This document shows, one piece after another, positions 63,768 to 64,000 of a stretch of 64,000 bases of DNA (its first letter is position 1; each line of letters opens with the position of its first letter). The translations under genes were made by a program, and so were the position numbers. The DNA comes from Mobula hypostoma (taxonomy: Eukaryota). The stretch is from positions 29,638,001 through 29,702,000 of the forward strand of contig NC_086109.1 in assembly GCF_963921235.1 (NCBI RefSeq), in the 5' to 3' direction. The notes under the pieces were generated by a model, which made no database searches, had not been told where the DNA came from, and saw only the letters and a list, made by a program, of their open reading frames with translations.

Positions 63768-64000
63768 TCAGAGTCCACAAGATGGGGTGGGGGGAGAACA
63801 AGGATAACTGGTTTGTCTGCTTCCCCTGTCGTTGATTCATCAAAACCACTAATTGGGTACTGTAGTTTTTTTCCGGGCAACAACATGTCCACATGTTGAA
63901 AAGACTATCATGTATCCCTTCCCACATGTTTTCCCTCAGCTCCGTGCACTTCATTAAAGAGATTCACGCTGGCTACTGTGTGGAGAGCTCTTTCATGGCT

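Noticed and set aside
1..64000. CRISPR arrays, operons, rRNA or true tRNA genes
   Set aside because: None seen; tRNA-like boxes belong to SINE heads and the DNA is eukaryotic.

Overview
Vertebrate nuclear DNA, not prokaryotic. The repeat repertoire (CR1 LINEs with short microsatellite tails, V-SINEs, Deu-SINEs, abundant Penelope-like ends) resembles a cartilaginous fish, probably a ray (inference, not verified). I found no supportable host exon. The window looks intronic or intergenic, and a large part is transposable-element DNA, often nested: about 14 CR1 pieces (three young, one with a nearly intact EN+RT ORF2), several Rex1/Babar-like LINE pieces, a complete hAT (Buster/Charlie-type) transposon with TIRs and 8-bp TSD split by a CR1, tiny hAT MITEs, a Gypsy remnant, Tc1-like pieces, a non-autonomous PIF/Harbinger element, and old L2 and probable I/Nimb-like LINE fossils. 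The most interesting signal is a family of Penelope-like element (PLE) ends carrying an ultra-minimal hammerhead ribozyme motif whose stem III is only the palindrome ACGU, so it should fold only as a dimer. These ends occur as GIY-YIG-tail-linked copies, as ~130-bp TSD-flanked solo insertions and as ~220-bp TSD-flanked fold-back units. All calls were made by eye from motif recognition; boundaries without a TIR or TSD are approximate.
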